Positions 1 through 13,037 of a stretch of DNA of 64,000 nucleotides are shown here, piece after piece. Source of the stretch: Octopus sinensis (Eukaryota); the NCBI RefSeq assembly GCF_006345805.1, contig NC_043000.1, positions 80,786,001 to 80,850,000 on the forward strand, in the 5' to 3' direction. A program made the position numbers and the translations under genes. Numbering within the stretch: the stretch's first letter is position 1; every line of letters starts with the position of its first letter. The notes below the pieces were generated by a model, which saw only the letters and a program-made list of their open reading frames with translations, searched no databases and was not told the DNA's origin.

Positions 1-652
1 CCAGCTCATATCTGATGAAGTACACCTATAATAAAAGACTGTCCAACCATGAACATTCCATCTTTTGGTGATATTCAGGTGTACATTGTCTAGTATATCG
101 TTTTTTAATTATTTTTTTATAAGGAGGATAAAAGTGGTTGGGATAGTTTGGCTACTATTTCTCACAGTTTAAGTAAGCATGTAAACACTCCCTCATTGGC
201 ATTGTGCCAATAGAATAGATTTAAAAGATAGCAATATCAAGGTGATAGTTGACAGTTCCTGCTCCTAATATTAACCCCATTAACCTTCAATTATGAGATA
301 TCTAATGACATCTACTTGGTATTATCTAAATAGCTGAGATTAATTATTGTTAATAAGTTGATCATTTTTGCAGACAAAGTAACTGTTTTCAGAAGATGAA
401 TTTGGCTCTATGATAAGAAGTTTGCTATCAAACCTCATGGTTTCAGGTTCAGCCCCACTGCATGGTAGCTTGGACAAGCATCATCTACTGTGGCCTTGAG
501 CTGCCCAAAGCATTGTGGATGGATTGGGTAGAATGAAATTGAAAGAAGAGAAGATTGATATATATATGTATATATATGTTTGTGTGTGTACATATATATA
601 TATAACTCTTTTATTCATTTAGCCATGCAGCTGCGGTCATGCTGGAGCACCA

Positions 653-684
<32 letters not shown>

Positions 685-688
<4 letters not shown>

Positions 689-917
689 GAAAATGAGATG
701 ACAAAGAAATAAACTATTGTCTTATGAACTTCATTAGCTTACAGCTGTTTCTGTTATAAAATGCAGTGGACTCACTTCATATTCAAGGGTATAATGAAAA
801 TACAAGGTGTGCACCAGTACTCACCTATGAGTCCACTACATCTTATAGCCGAAACAGGTGTAAGTTAATGAAGTTCATAAGATAATTATTTATTCATTTG
901 TCATCTTATTTTCTTAT
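685..917. mobile_element. Fold-back repeat (about 90-bp arms), probable Penelope-like pLTR fragment with a decayed hammerhead
   Basis: 685-773 is the imperfect reverse complement of 828-917. The arms carry GCCGAAACAG(C/G)TGTAAG, a hammerhead 3' half with the palindromic ACAGCTGT stem III. It starts next to (TA)n. Confidence 0.55.
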
Positions 918-1032
918 ACTTGACTAATGCTTTGTTCTGAAGCATATGTATACTGAGTTTTACACCAGATTATTAGTCTTGCAATGCCTGAGTAAAATGT
1001 CAAATGCTATACATATAAATATAATGTGTATG

Positions 1033-1063
<31 letters not shown>

Positions 1064-1297
1064 TACTGCCCCCTTGCCTTGACATCACATGATAGTTGTA
1101 AAACAAGTGTTATCATGATGCCAAGGTTGTTCACTCTTTTGTGGAATGTCCAGGCATAGCGAAATCATACCTTACCTGGAGACAAGAAGGGCATCTGGCT
1201 AAAGAAAATCTGCTAGAACCAAATTCCATCTGAACATGCAAAAGTGGATTTAAACTGATGATGATGGTGATGATAAATATGTCTCATGAGAAGGTGA

Positions 1298-1330
<33 letters not shown>

Positions 1331-2594
1331 ATTGCCAATCCTCGTAAGATGTCTTATTCTTTGATGCATTCTAAATTCAAATCCCACTGAGATCAAGTTC
1401 ACCTGTCAGCCTTCTTGTAGTAGTAGTGAACTGATGGAATCCTTAGACCATAGGATGAGATGCCTTGCATACTTGTTCCATTCTTTGTGTTCTATATTCA
1501 AATCCCACCATGAGCTAAATGGTCGGAATCTTGCTCCGTCAGCCAGCAGCTTAACAATCTTGTCTGGTTGGACCAGGTTTGTGGTTTGAAGATACCTTCC
1601 TCCCCTTCACCAGCCTTGGAGGCACTAAAAAGGATTAAAACCACTATTCTTTTTCCCTTCATACTAAGCAATAACAAAACATATCTCTGTAGACACTTTG
1701 TTGTTGATGTTGTTTAATGCCAGATTAGTCCTGATCAAACAGACCTACAATCAAAGATGTTCTATTTGAGACCACCCCATCTGGTTTTCATACATTGCAT
1801 ATCTTGGACTATGTTATTCAGTATTTCCTATCTATTTTAAAATGAAAATGTGCTGTTTTCCTGGATCCCATAACTGTTGCCATCCAATTCAGTTTTCATA
1901 GATTTGAATTGGGAGCTTGAGTCATAATCTTTCATTAGGGGACACCAACTCGATAGATGCATTGCAGTTACTCTCTTGATAGAGGTTGGAGATCCTGACC
2001 ATTGATCTTCTAGAATTCCTCTGCACAGCATTAATATAAGAAGCACCATTGGCTCAGTTGAGCTTTTAAGCTACCTCTTCACAATCTGCCATGCCGCAGT
2101 CCCATGACTTCACCGTATCCCTAGTAGGATGTTTGGATGGGTGCTATGCCTTGCCAAAGGGCAGACTATTACTATGCAGGGTATGGTTGTCATCCCTTGT
2201 GTAACTGGAGTAATTGGAGTGAATTTTGGCTGATATTTCTATCATGCTGAATTTCTGCTCAAGTGTGGTGTGTGACTGAGTAGATCTGCTGTGTCAACAA
2301 TGTATTGCTGGTGATGTGTAGAATTACAAGAGAGAACAATGTTCTTGTGTGGTAGATATGTTGTAGACTAAGTAGAGGCAATGGTATCAATGCATGTTCA
2401 GGTAACAAGCACATACATTTTACCCAGAGATTTACACCAAACTTGGAATGTGATCATACCCTTTCAAACAGTAACTGAAATTATTATAACTACTTCATTC
2501 ATGGAGTCTTAAATTTTCTTTGACACATCACTAAACAAACTGAGGTTGACTATGACCATCTCACCCACAAATTTGGGGTCAGTAATAATAATAA

Positions 2595-3360
2595 TTCTTA
2601 CTACTATAGCCACAAGGACTGGAAATTGGGGTGGTGATGGGGGCAAGTCAATTTACATTGACCCCGGTGCTTGACTGGTACTTGCTTTATTGACTCCACA
2701 AAAGCATGAAAGGTAAAGTTGATCTTGGTAGAATTTTAACTCAGAATGTAAAGACAGACAAAATATTGCTATGCATTTTGCCTGGCATGCTAACAATTCT
2801 GCCAGCTAAATGATAAAATACTGCTAAACATTTTTGCAAACAATTCTTTCAGCCCATTGGTTTAATTATGATGATGATGATGATGATGATAATAATAGTA
2901 TCAAATTTTTGGCTCAAGGCCAGCAATTTGGGGGGCAGAGTAAGTCAATTACATCATCCCCAGTGCTCAACTGGTTCTTCTTTTATTGATCCTGAAAGAA
3001 TGAAAGGCAAAGTTGACCTTGGCAGAATTTGAACTCAGAACATAAAGACATGAAATGCCGCTAAGCGTTTGGCCTGGCACAATAACAATTCTGCCAGCTA
3101 ACTCTCTATTTAAAAAAAAATGATGCTAAACATTTTGTCTAATGTACTTAGGATTCTGTCAGCCTGCTGGCCTAATAATAATAATAACAATTTCAAATTT
3201 TGGTAGAAGGCCTGCAATTTTGAGAGAGGCAGAAGTTGATTACATCAACCCCAGTGCTCAGCTGCTATTTATTTTATCAACAGACAAAAGGATAAAGGTA
3301 AATTCAATCACAGGAGAATCTTAATTCTGAATATAAAGAACTAGAAGAAATGCTGCTCAC
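2595..3360 (-). mobile_element. Cluster of three tRNA-derived SINE copies (family B, ATT-tailed)
   Basis: Repeated core, read on the minus strand as ...GTTCTGAGTTCAAATTCTGCCAAGGTCAACTTTGCCTTTCATTCTTTC...AAGTACCAG..., each copy next to (AAT)n. The same core recurs at more than 10 other sites. Confidence 0.75.
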
Positions 3361-3477
3361 AGGCTTAATAATAATAAAGATAATTATCATCAATACCATC
3401 ATTACTATTAACCTGTTAATAAACAATCAATTAGCAAGAATAATAAGCAATAAAGATGCACGGACTCAGAAACATAA

Positions 3478-3883
3478 CTTTAATCTTTTAATTGTTTCAG
3501 TCATTGGACTAGTCATGCTGGGGCACCGCCTTGACACATTTAGTCAGATAAATCAACCCTAGTAGTTATTTTTAAGCCTAGTACTTATTCTATCTGGCTC
3601 TTTTGCCAAACCTTCTATGTAAACAAACCAACACTGGTTGTCAAGGGGTAGTGGTGGAGAACAAATACAAACACACAAACACATATATATATATATGTGT
3701 GTGTGTGTATACATATACATGATAGGTTTCTTTCAGTTTCCTGCTGCCAAATCCATTCATGAGGCTTTGATTGACTTGAGGCTATAATAGAAGACATTTG
3801 CCCAAGGTGCTGTGCAGTGGGATTGAACCCAAAACCACATGATTAGGAAGCAAGCTTCTTTACCACACAACCATACCTGCACC
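3478..3883 (-). mobile_element. tRNA-derived SINE (family A), near full length
   Basis: The minus strand starts with a tRNA-like head with A/B-box-like motifs (TGGTAAAGAAGCTTGC...GGGTTCAATCCCACTGC). The body is shared with 10915-11330 and 12575-13037. Confidence 0.75.
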
Positions 3884-4087
3884 TAAATTATGTTGAGGGG
3901 ACTTATTTTATTGACTCCATAGATATGAATAGCAAAGTCAATGTTCCTGAGATTTGAACTCAATAGCTAAGGAAAGGTAACTAAATACTGCATAGCACAT
4001 AATCTGTTGATTTATTGATTCCATCACACCACTGTCTTTAATTAATAATAATGTTATTAATTATTTCATTAATCAATGATAATATTG

Positions 4088-4620
4088 ATTTCAAATTTTG
4101 GCACAAAGCCACTAATTTTGGGACAGTGGGTAAGTTGATTACATCCCCGGTGCTTATTTTATTGACCCAAAAGGATGAAAGGCAAATTTGACTTCAGAAG
4201 AATTTGAACTCAAAACATAAAGACAGATGAAATGCCACTAAGCATTTTGTCCGGTATGCTAACAATCATTGTTAGATTTGGCATGGTTTCTATAGCTGGA
4301 TGCCCTTATCCTGAAAAGATGAAGTAAGCTGACCCTGACAAGATTTGAATTCAGAATGCAAAGATCTGAAACAAATACTGCAGGGCATTTTATCCAACTT
4401 TCTACTGCTTTAAATAGAATACTAATAATCCTTTCTATTAAAGACACAAGATATGAAATTTTGTTGGAGGGGACTAGTTGATTACATCAACCCCAGTGTT
4501 TCACTGGTACTTAATTCATCAACCCTGAAAGGGTGAAAGGCAAAGTTGACCTTGATGGAAACTGAACTCAGGATGTAAAGACGGGCGAAATGCCACTAAG
4601 CATTTTGCCTGTGTTAACGA
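4088..4620 (-). mobile_element. SINE family B copies
   Basis: Same GAAAGGCAAAGTTGACCT...TGAACTCA core as other family B copies. Confidence 0.7.
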
Positions 4621-4834
4621 TACTAACAATAACAATATTGAATACTAATTGTTTAGGTGCAATACTGCCAATATAGTATTTGTGGGGTAATTCCAGCGTG
4701 GCCAGAACCAATATAGGATGAATGTAAATAAATAAAGACAAAATGAAATATGTGTGACATCAATGAAAGTTCCACTGGTCAGTGAGGAAGTAAAATCTAT
4801 CAGGAGACACAGCTAGAACACATACATTCATATA

Positions 4835-5867
4835 TCAGGTCATTAAGAATGAAATGTCTGATTTTGAACTGAAAGTTTATTTTACTTTATCTCAACAAAA
4901 GGCAACGCAGTTAATCAAAGTATGCACCTTTGTGTAACGTGGTTGAGAATTGACTTGCAAGAGAATTAGCTTGTCTCTATTGACCAATCTTGGTTATTTA
5001 ATTGCAAGTTCACTCAGCATTTCATCCATTGGTTGATGTATACATCTGCTGCAATTGACTTACCAGGTTTCATGAAGCTGTAGTGGATGACACCAGTGCT
5101 GGACCATTAGACAGACACCATTAGCTTTTTTTGGTAAATATTCTTTTCTGGTTTGTGTTTTGGCACTTCATCTCCATTCAACCACTGTTCAGAACACTTA
5201 CTACTGTTGAAAAGAACCCATTTTTCATCACACATAATAATATGATGCAAAAATGGTTTGCTTTTATGCCATGACAGCAAAGAACAGCATGTTTCAAGAT
5301 GATGTGTGTCATTTGATGCTCATCCAGTTTGTGTGGTACCCACTTGTCCAGCTTCTTTACCATGCCAATTTGTTTCAGATGAACCAATACAGTTGGAATT
5401 GAAACATCAAACTTTGCTACAAACTCATGCATAGTTTGAGATGGATCTGCTTCCACTACAGTTTCCAGTTCATCATTATCCATCTTGGTCTCAGGTCTAC
5501 CATGGGGCTGATTTTCAGGAGTAAAGTCACTAGACTAGAACTTCTCAAACCATTGATGTATAGGGCGCTCATTCACCACATCTTCACCAAACATCTCATT
5601 GATGTCTTGAGCTGTCTGAGATGCATTGGTTCCACAACAAAACTCATATTCATAAACAACACAAATTTTTTATCTATCCATGGGTTCACAAAAATCGATT
5701 TATAAGAGAGTACTCACAATATAACCAGAAACTATGAATTGCATTTCAAAAAGTGATGTAACTCTTCAATGTTGTGAAACAAAGAATTGTCAGGATAAAA
5801 CATTAGAGTTAACGACTATCAAACTTGGTGCATAAGAAAATCAGGCATTTCATTCTTAATGATCTAA
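4835..5867 (-). mobile_element. Mariner-family DNA transposon relic, internally deleted
   Basis: About 31-bp TIRs (TCAGGTCATTAAGAATGAAATGTCTGATTTT versus the reverse complement at 5837-5867, 3 mismatches) with TA target duplications. The minus-strand transposase has the mariner motif KKLDKWVPHKL and is frameshifted. At about 1.03 kb it is shorter than a typical 1.3-kb mariner. Confidence 0.92.
5178..5483 (-). pseudogene. Mariner transposase fragment (HTH and WVPHEL linker)
   Basis: DNDELETVVEADPSQT...VHLKQIGMVKKLDKWVPHKL, followed by a frameshift. Confidence 0.9.
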
Positions 5868-6532
5868 TACATAGTGATCACTCAAAAGTCACCTATGATT
5901 GATGTCTCCTTGTGCTCCCTTGTTGTCACTGGTATTTCTGACTTTCCTTTCATGCCCTCCTCGATGACCATTCAGTGCTGTTCGTAGATCTGCAAGGTTT
6001 GAAGCATAGATGACCAATGAATGTTGTAACTTACTGTGCACATCACTGCTTTTCCTTTACTATAGGACTTTCAGTAATTGGAATGACAAATGAGGTCACT
6101 CCAAAGAGATATATTTTTTCATCATTGGATTTATAGTGATAAACCCTTGTACAACATGAGCACCACTCTTTGAGTCTTCATGATAAGTACCTAGTGATAG
6201 GTTAAGTGTGATGACCAGATTTTACATCTGATTGTCCCTCCTTTAGAAGGACACTATAACAACAGTTAGGAGTCCCTAGTAGTTTTACTGCGTGCTCTGG
6301 CCCTGACCAGAGGTATTTCTGCATCACCACATTCAGATATTTTAGGAGTTCCAGGGATTTTAGGCATGTGGAATCATCTCTTAACTACTATTGCATCCAT
6401 ACATATACATGCATACATACATATATACATTTACACATACGTACACTCATATACATACATTCACAGACATGTACATACATGTGTGTGTGTTTGTATATAT
6501 ATGCACTCTTTTAATATATAGTAGCATTTAAA

Positions 6533-6728
6533 ACGGTGAGCTGGCAGAATTAGTAGCACTCTGGGCAAAATGCTTAGTGGCATTTCATCTGTCTTCATGT
6601 TCTGAGTTCAAATTCTACTGAGGTTGGCTTTGCTTTTCTTCCTTTCGGGGTGGATAAAATAACTTTCAGTTGAGCACTAGGGTCAAAATAATTGAATTGC
6701 TGGCCTTGAGCCAAAATGTGAAACAATT
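6533..6728 (+). mobile_element. SINE family B copy
   Basis: GGTGAGCTGGCAGAATTAGTAGCAC head and the family core. Confidence 0.7.
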
Positions 6729-7239
6729 ATATAGTACCATTTGATTTCTTGGTGATTTGCAATATCCAAACCTGTGTGTCTTTGTTCAGTTTATTTGAAG
6801 TTTTAAAATACATTCCTTCCTAAAAACATTTGTCAATTTGTAAAAGAATATCATTGCTGATGGTGGTAGCAATAGTAGTAATAATAACAACTAGCTGTAC
6901 CTGTGGAAATTCCAGTTATTTTCCAAACTGTAAGATGGTTGGAATTTATAAAGAATCATGAAATATGTAATTTCTTTTGGAATTGTATTTTGTTTGAAAT
7001 AGCTAATTCTTTTAGATGATGTAAAAGTTTGTATCAGTGGTATTGAAACTGCAGTCTTAGGAGACAACATCTTTGAAAGCTATATTCTTGCTATATGCTA
7101 TCACTTCTTATATCCCAAGAGTTGTTATCTATTATTTTCCACTTTTCTTCAAGAACTAAGCAATCTTAAGTTTGGAAGGAAATTAAAGGCATAATTTAGC
7201 CATAATAATAATATTCTGCTACAGTATGATTACTTTCTA

Positions 7240-7630
7240 TTTCTTTCTTTACTTGTTTTTGTCATTGGACTGTGGCCATGCTGGGGCATCGCTTTGAAGG
7301 GTTAGTATTTCAAATCAGTCACAGTATTATTTTTAAGTTTGGTACATATTCTGTTGTTCTCTTTTTGCCAAACTGTTGAGTTACCAGAACATAAACAAAC
7401 CAACAATGGCTGTGAAGCAGTGGAGGTGGAGACAAACATAAACATACACACGCACACATACATTTATCATTATACCATGGGCATCCACAGAATTTCCATT
7501 TGACAAATTCACTCACAAGGCATTGGTCAGCCTGGCACTAGAAGTCACTTGCCCACAATGACATGCACTGGGACTGAACCTGAGACACTTTAGTTGCAAA
7601 ACAAGCTTCTTAACAGCACAGCCATACTTG
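7240..7630 (-). mobile_element. SINE family A copy (diverged)
   Basis: Colinear similarity to 10915-11330. Confidence 0.65.
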
Positions 7631-7949
7631 CAAAGCTGTATTATATCCTTGTTTTCATGTTATGGAAAAGTTTATATGGCTAGACTTGAACCCACGGTCC
7701 TAGCTGCACCACTGAGCTGTGAATTCTAAAAGCACACAAGTAATACAAGCACAGGAATTTCTGTATATTTAAAGTTTACTTCACAATCATGTGGTCCTGG
7801 GTTCAGTCCCTCTGAAATCACCTTGGCCAAATGTCCTCTATTATAGCTTTGGGCTGGTTAATACTTTGAGTGAAATTTGGTAGACAGTGACTATAATGGA
7901 AGTCCATCATGTTTGTGCATGTATGTAAAGATATATATATTAAAAGTGT

Positions 7950-8278
7950 AAAGACCCCCTTTGGTCATGAATGACCATGAGATTATACCCAGAAAGTTCC
8001 CCTCTGAGGCACAAGTCTGGGCAAGGTTATTTCTGAAAAACCATCAGTAACCCATGCCTCATCTTTCCACACCATTAATGTTGTCCAAGGGAAAAGCAAA
8101 GGCCAATACAGCTTGGTACTGGTGACATTGCAACTCATTTCTACAGCTTAGTGAACTGGAGCAATGTGAAATAAAGTGCCTTGTTCAAGAATACAACACA
8201 CAACCTGGTTCAGGAATTGAGCTCACAGCCTCACAATTATAAGCCCAACGCCCTAATCACTAAGCAAAGTGTCTTCAA
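7950..8278 (-). mobile_element. tRNA-derived SINE (family C)
   Basis: Colinear with 36530-36852 and partly with 57835-58025. The tRNA-like head is at the right end. Confidence 0.7.
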
Positions 8279-8557
8279 TTTATAACAAAAAGGATCAACT
8301 GTCCTTCCTGAACTGTAGGTTCATAAGACTGGTTTCCCAAATTTTGTTATGTGTATATTCCCCACTGAACAGGACACTGGTCTATTGCAAGATAATTTTT
8401 TTCAGCTCAAGTAAACAATGCATCACCCAGTCCAGGAATCAAAACCACAATCTTATGATCATGAGTCCAACAACCCTAACCACTAAGCCAAGCACTTCTT
8501 CATGGGTGCTCACACACAAACGTGTGTGTATTTGTGTGTATGTGTATATATATATGT

Positions 8558-9819
8558 ATCACCTTGATCACCTTGACTGACTAGTCTGTCGGGCGTCAAT
8601 TTGACACCGCTGGTCACAGCACGCTGACTACTCCTCTCTGGATCGCACCTTTCTCATCCACGTGATCCCAATCATCCTCCTGAAATTGTAACTCCACCGT
8701 CGTGGAGGCCTTCCGGGTGGTCGTTTCCACTCGTGCGGGTACCACTCGACAACTGCGCAGGTCCACCGATTATCGGTGAGCCAGGTGATGTGTCCAGCCC
8801 ATCAAAACTTGCTGCGTGTATACTCTGCAATGACATCCCTCACGCTGGACTTCTTTCTAATGATCTTGCTACTGATGTGCTCTCTCAACAAGATGCCAAG
8901 CATTGACCTTTCCATGGCTCTTTGAGCCGTTACCAGTCTCTGCTCTTCTCTCTTTGTGGTAGTCCATGTTTCATTACCATATAACATTGCAGGTAGAACT
9001 GTACTGTTGATGAGGTTGGCGCGGGTGGTCCTGTCCAACCTTCCCTTGAGCACATCCCTTATGCCATTAAATGCCTTCCATCCGGCCCTTACTCTCTATG
9101 AGATCTCCTTTTCGATATCTCGGCACATATTCACTTCCTGTACCAGGTAGACATATTCCTTTACCTCCTCTATTTCATCACTGCCGATCACCATTCGACC
9201 TGTTGGTACATTGTCTGACCGCATGAACTTCGTTTTCATGTGGTTCATCTTGAGACCTACTGCAGAACTTTTGATGTTGAGCTCCGTCAGCATGGTCTGA
9301 AGCTGATCAGTGGTTTCAGCGATGAGTACGATGTCATCAGCGAAACGGAGGTGGGTGAGGAGCTTGCCATTGATGTTGACACCGCCTTGCCAGTCAATGC
9401 ATCTAATGATCCGCTCGAGACATGCGGTGAAAAGTTTTGGGGAGATCATATCTCCTTGCTTCACTCCCTTCTCGACCGGCACTCGTATGGGTGATGACAG
9501 TAGAGCTATGTCGGTCGTGCATCCGGAATTTGCCTCCCTGAGCAGTTGCACATATTGCACCTCAACTCCTTGCCTCTGCAGCGAGTTCAGCACTGCGCTG
9601 GTTTCGACACGATCGAAGGCCTTCTCATAGTATACAAACGTAATGCAAAGAGGTAGCTTGTACTCATTCGCTCAAGCAGTTGTGTTAGAGTAAATATATG
9701 GTCCATTGTGCTTTAGTTCTTCCAGAAGCCGGCTTGCTCCCTCGGTTGTTGTTCGTCGAGATGACGTGATAACCTGTTCAGAATTATCTTTGTGAACAGC
9801 TTGTACACATGAAACAGCA

Positions 9820-9823
<4 letters not shown>
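8558..9823 (-). mobile_element. 5'-truncated RTE-clade LINE (RT and C-terminus), disrupted
   Basis: Minus-strand peptides [66 protein letters not shown] and a C-terminal KRPPGRPPRRW. The 3' tail is a duplicated 9-mer (CAAGGTGAT) and both flanks are TA-rich. Stops and frameshifts are present. Confidence 0.93.
9096..9593 (-). pseudogene. Reverse transcriptase fragment of the RTE LINE
   Basis: The ORF has the QGD and FADD RT motifs. Confidence 0.92.
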
Positions 9824-9890
<67 letters not shown>

Positions 9891-9918
9891 TTATATTATA
9901 TTTATATTTATATTTATT

Positions 9919-9950
<32 letters not shown>

Positions 9951-10582
9951 CCTATGTATATGTGTGTGTAGCAAACTTAATTTAATATATTTATCAGTCA
10001 ATTCTCTGACAAATAATATAAATTGTTTATGTGAATAATATAAATGTTGTAGCCTTAAGATTATGTCTTCAATTTCTTTCCATAGTTTATCTGTCAGTTG
10101 TCTTACAAATAATATAAATTTTATGTCTTCAGTTGTGTTCCATAGTTACAGGAGATCAGCAAATATGAAAGGCTCACTTTAGTAGACAACAATTAATTGT
10201 ACTAAAACACATATGATAAATGACAATTTTAAAAAAATATATATTTCAATAAAAGAAAACTAACCTTTTTGCTGTTTCCACCTTCATTAACCAATATTTG
10301 TACCAATAATGCCATTACCATTTTAACAACTACTACATATATTACATATATATGCTCTACACACTCATATATGCGCATACATATACACATAGATGTGTAA
10401 ATGTATATGCATCTTTCCTCTTCTCCTTCCTCTCCCCACTTGCATACTGCTTTCCATTAGATATTGTTTCCTCTCTTTTTTCTCTCTCTTTCCCTCATTT
10501 TGTTTTTCCCTGTTTTTGCTTCTCCCTACAGCTATCCATTTCACTGCATGACAAATGTAGGTAAATTAGAATAATATTATAG

Positions 10583-10624
<42 letters not shown>

Positions 10625-10914
10625 TAATAATAATGATAATAATTTCCACTATCGGCACAAGGTCTGAAATTTTAGCGGAGGGAGATAGTTGATTATATCA
10701 ACCTTATTGCTCAGCTGGTGCTTACTTAATCAACCCAGAAACGATGAAATGCAAAGTCAATTTTGGCAGAATTTGATCTCAGGATGTAAAGCTGGAAGAA
10801 TTGTTACCGAGTTTTTTATCTGGTGTGATAATGATTCTACCTGCTCACTGCTTTAAATATATTGATAATAGTAATATTAATAATAGTAAAAATAGTAGTA
10901 GTAATAATGATTAT

Positions 10915-11330
10915 TCTTTTTCTTTTATTCTTTTATTTGCTTCAGTCATTTTGACTGTGGCCAGGCTGGAGCACCGCCTTTAGTCGCACAAATCTACCCC
11001 AGGACTTATTCTTTGTAAGCCTAGTACTTATTCCATCAGTCTCTTTTGCCGAACTGCTAAGTTACGGGGACGTACACACATCAATATCAGTTGTCAAGCA
11101 ATGGGGGGGGGGGGGACAAACAGACAGAGAAATATATACATACATGTATATATATATATATACATATGACAGGCTTCTTTCAGTTTCCATCTACCAAATC
11201 CACTCACAAGGCTTTTGTTGGCCCGAGGCTATAGTAGAAGACACTTGCCCAAGGTGCCACGCAGTGGAACTGAACCCAGAACCATGTGGTTGGTAAGCAA
11301 GCTACTTACCACACAGCTACTCTTACGCGT
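10915..11330 (-). mobile_element. SINE family A, well-preserved copy
   Basis: tRNA-like head (TGTGTGGTAAGTAGCTTGC...GGGTTCAGTTCCACTGCGTGGCACC), central microsatellite and AAAAG-type tail. CpGs are retained. Confidence 0.8.
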
Positions 11331-11759
11331 ATGATAGCAGTAATAATTATTTCAAATTTTTGCCACAAAGGTAGTTTGGAGGAGGTGCGTATGAGTCAAT
11401 TACATCAATCCCAGTGTTCAACTGGTACTTATTTTATCAATTCTGAAAGGATGAAAAGCAAGATTTGAATCAAGAACATAAAGAGCAAGAAGAAATAATA
11501 CCGCACGGCATTTCTTCCCATGCTGTAATGATTCAGACATCTCCCCCACTTCATAATAATTGTTTCTAATATAGACACAAGGCCTGAAACTTGAGTTGGG
11601 GAATTAGTTGATTTCAACAGCCCCAGTACTTGAGTGGTACTTTATTTTACTGATCCTGTAAAGATGAAAAGGTAAAGTTGACTTCAGTGGAATTGGAACT
11701 CTCAGAATGTAAAAAGTCTCACTAACAATTAAGCCAGTTCAGTTTCTCAATAACAATGA

Positions 11760-12050
11760 CAGACTCTCCTGTCAAAAATGACGTATGAGCATTCAGCCTT
11801 TGCCAAACCACCTGTACAAATGATTTGTTTATAGTGATTTAATGTTTGTTCCGCACATTAGCTCACTCTCTCTATCAAATCGACATTGTCTGAACTGTGT
11901 ATCACATGTCAGGTGTTGAAGTGATTGCAGAGCAAATTGAGATGATGTGTTTTGCACTCAAGAACACAACGCACCACCTGGTCTAGGAATTGAAACCACA
12001 ATCTCACAATCATGAGTGCTACTCCCTAACCACTAGGCCATGTGCCTTCA
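11760..12050 (-). mobile_element. tRNA-derived SINE related to family C
   Basis: Head GAAGGCACATGGCCTAGTGGTTAGGGAG...GGTTTCAATTCC on the minus strand. Confidence 0.6.
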
Positions 12051-12059
12051 ATAATAATG

Positions 12060-12114
<55 letters not shown>

Positions 12115-12574
12115 TAATAATCTGTAGTAGCTATAAGGGTTCAAAGAGAGACAGAAAATAGATAGAAACATTAACCAGGGGACTAACAAAAAGATCTAAG
12201 GTGAGACAGATAAGTCACATGACAAGTGGAGTAGTAAAAGATGTTATACTCAATACATTGGATGAATTACAATGAATAAGGCACAAATATTAATGCAGAA
12301 ATAATTTTAAAAAATATAAAATACAATAATTAAAGCAAGATAAAATTGAAAGGAAATAAAACTTTAAAAGTCTACTGACCATGTCCATACTTGTTTCGCA
12401 TTGTATTGTTACTGTTGTGTTTCTTTGCTCCATGTACTTGGACACAAGTGTATTATTGAAGGTATAACTGATGTCTTGAGCATCTAAAGGCACTCCTTAA
12501 CACTTTTTTGAGTCAGTTGGGGTAGAAAAACATCCACATCTTCAGACCCAGATTGTTCTAATATATTGTAGTTC

Positions 12575-12831
12575 TTTTATCTTTTACTTGTTTCAGTCAT
12601 TTGACTGTGGCCATGCTGGGGCACCACCTCGATGGCTTTTAGTCGAATAAATTGGCCCTAAGGATTTTATTTATTTAAGCCTAGTACTTATCTTATCAGT
12701 CTCTTGCTGAACTACTAAGTAATGAGGATGTAAATACATCAACACTAGTTGTCAAGTGGTAGTGGTGGTGGGGAGACAAGCGCAAATACAAACACACAGA
12801 CATACAGACACACTCACACACACACACACAC

Positions 12832-12880
<49 letters not shown>

Positions 12881-13037
12881 ATGGGCCTCTTTCAGTTTCT
12901 GTCTACCAAATCCATTCACAAGGTTTTGGTTGGCCTGAAGCTATAGTAGAAGACACTTGCCCAAGGTGCCACACAGTGGGACTGAACCTGGAACCATGTT
13001 GCTGGAAAGCAAGCTCCTTACCATACACCCATGCCTA
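12575..13037 (-). mobile_element. SINE family A with internal (CA)n expansion
   Basis: Colinear with 10915-11330. Confidence 0.75.
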
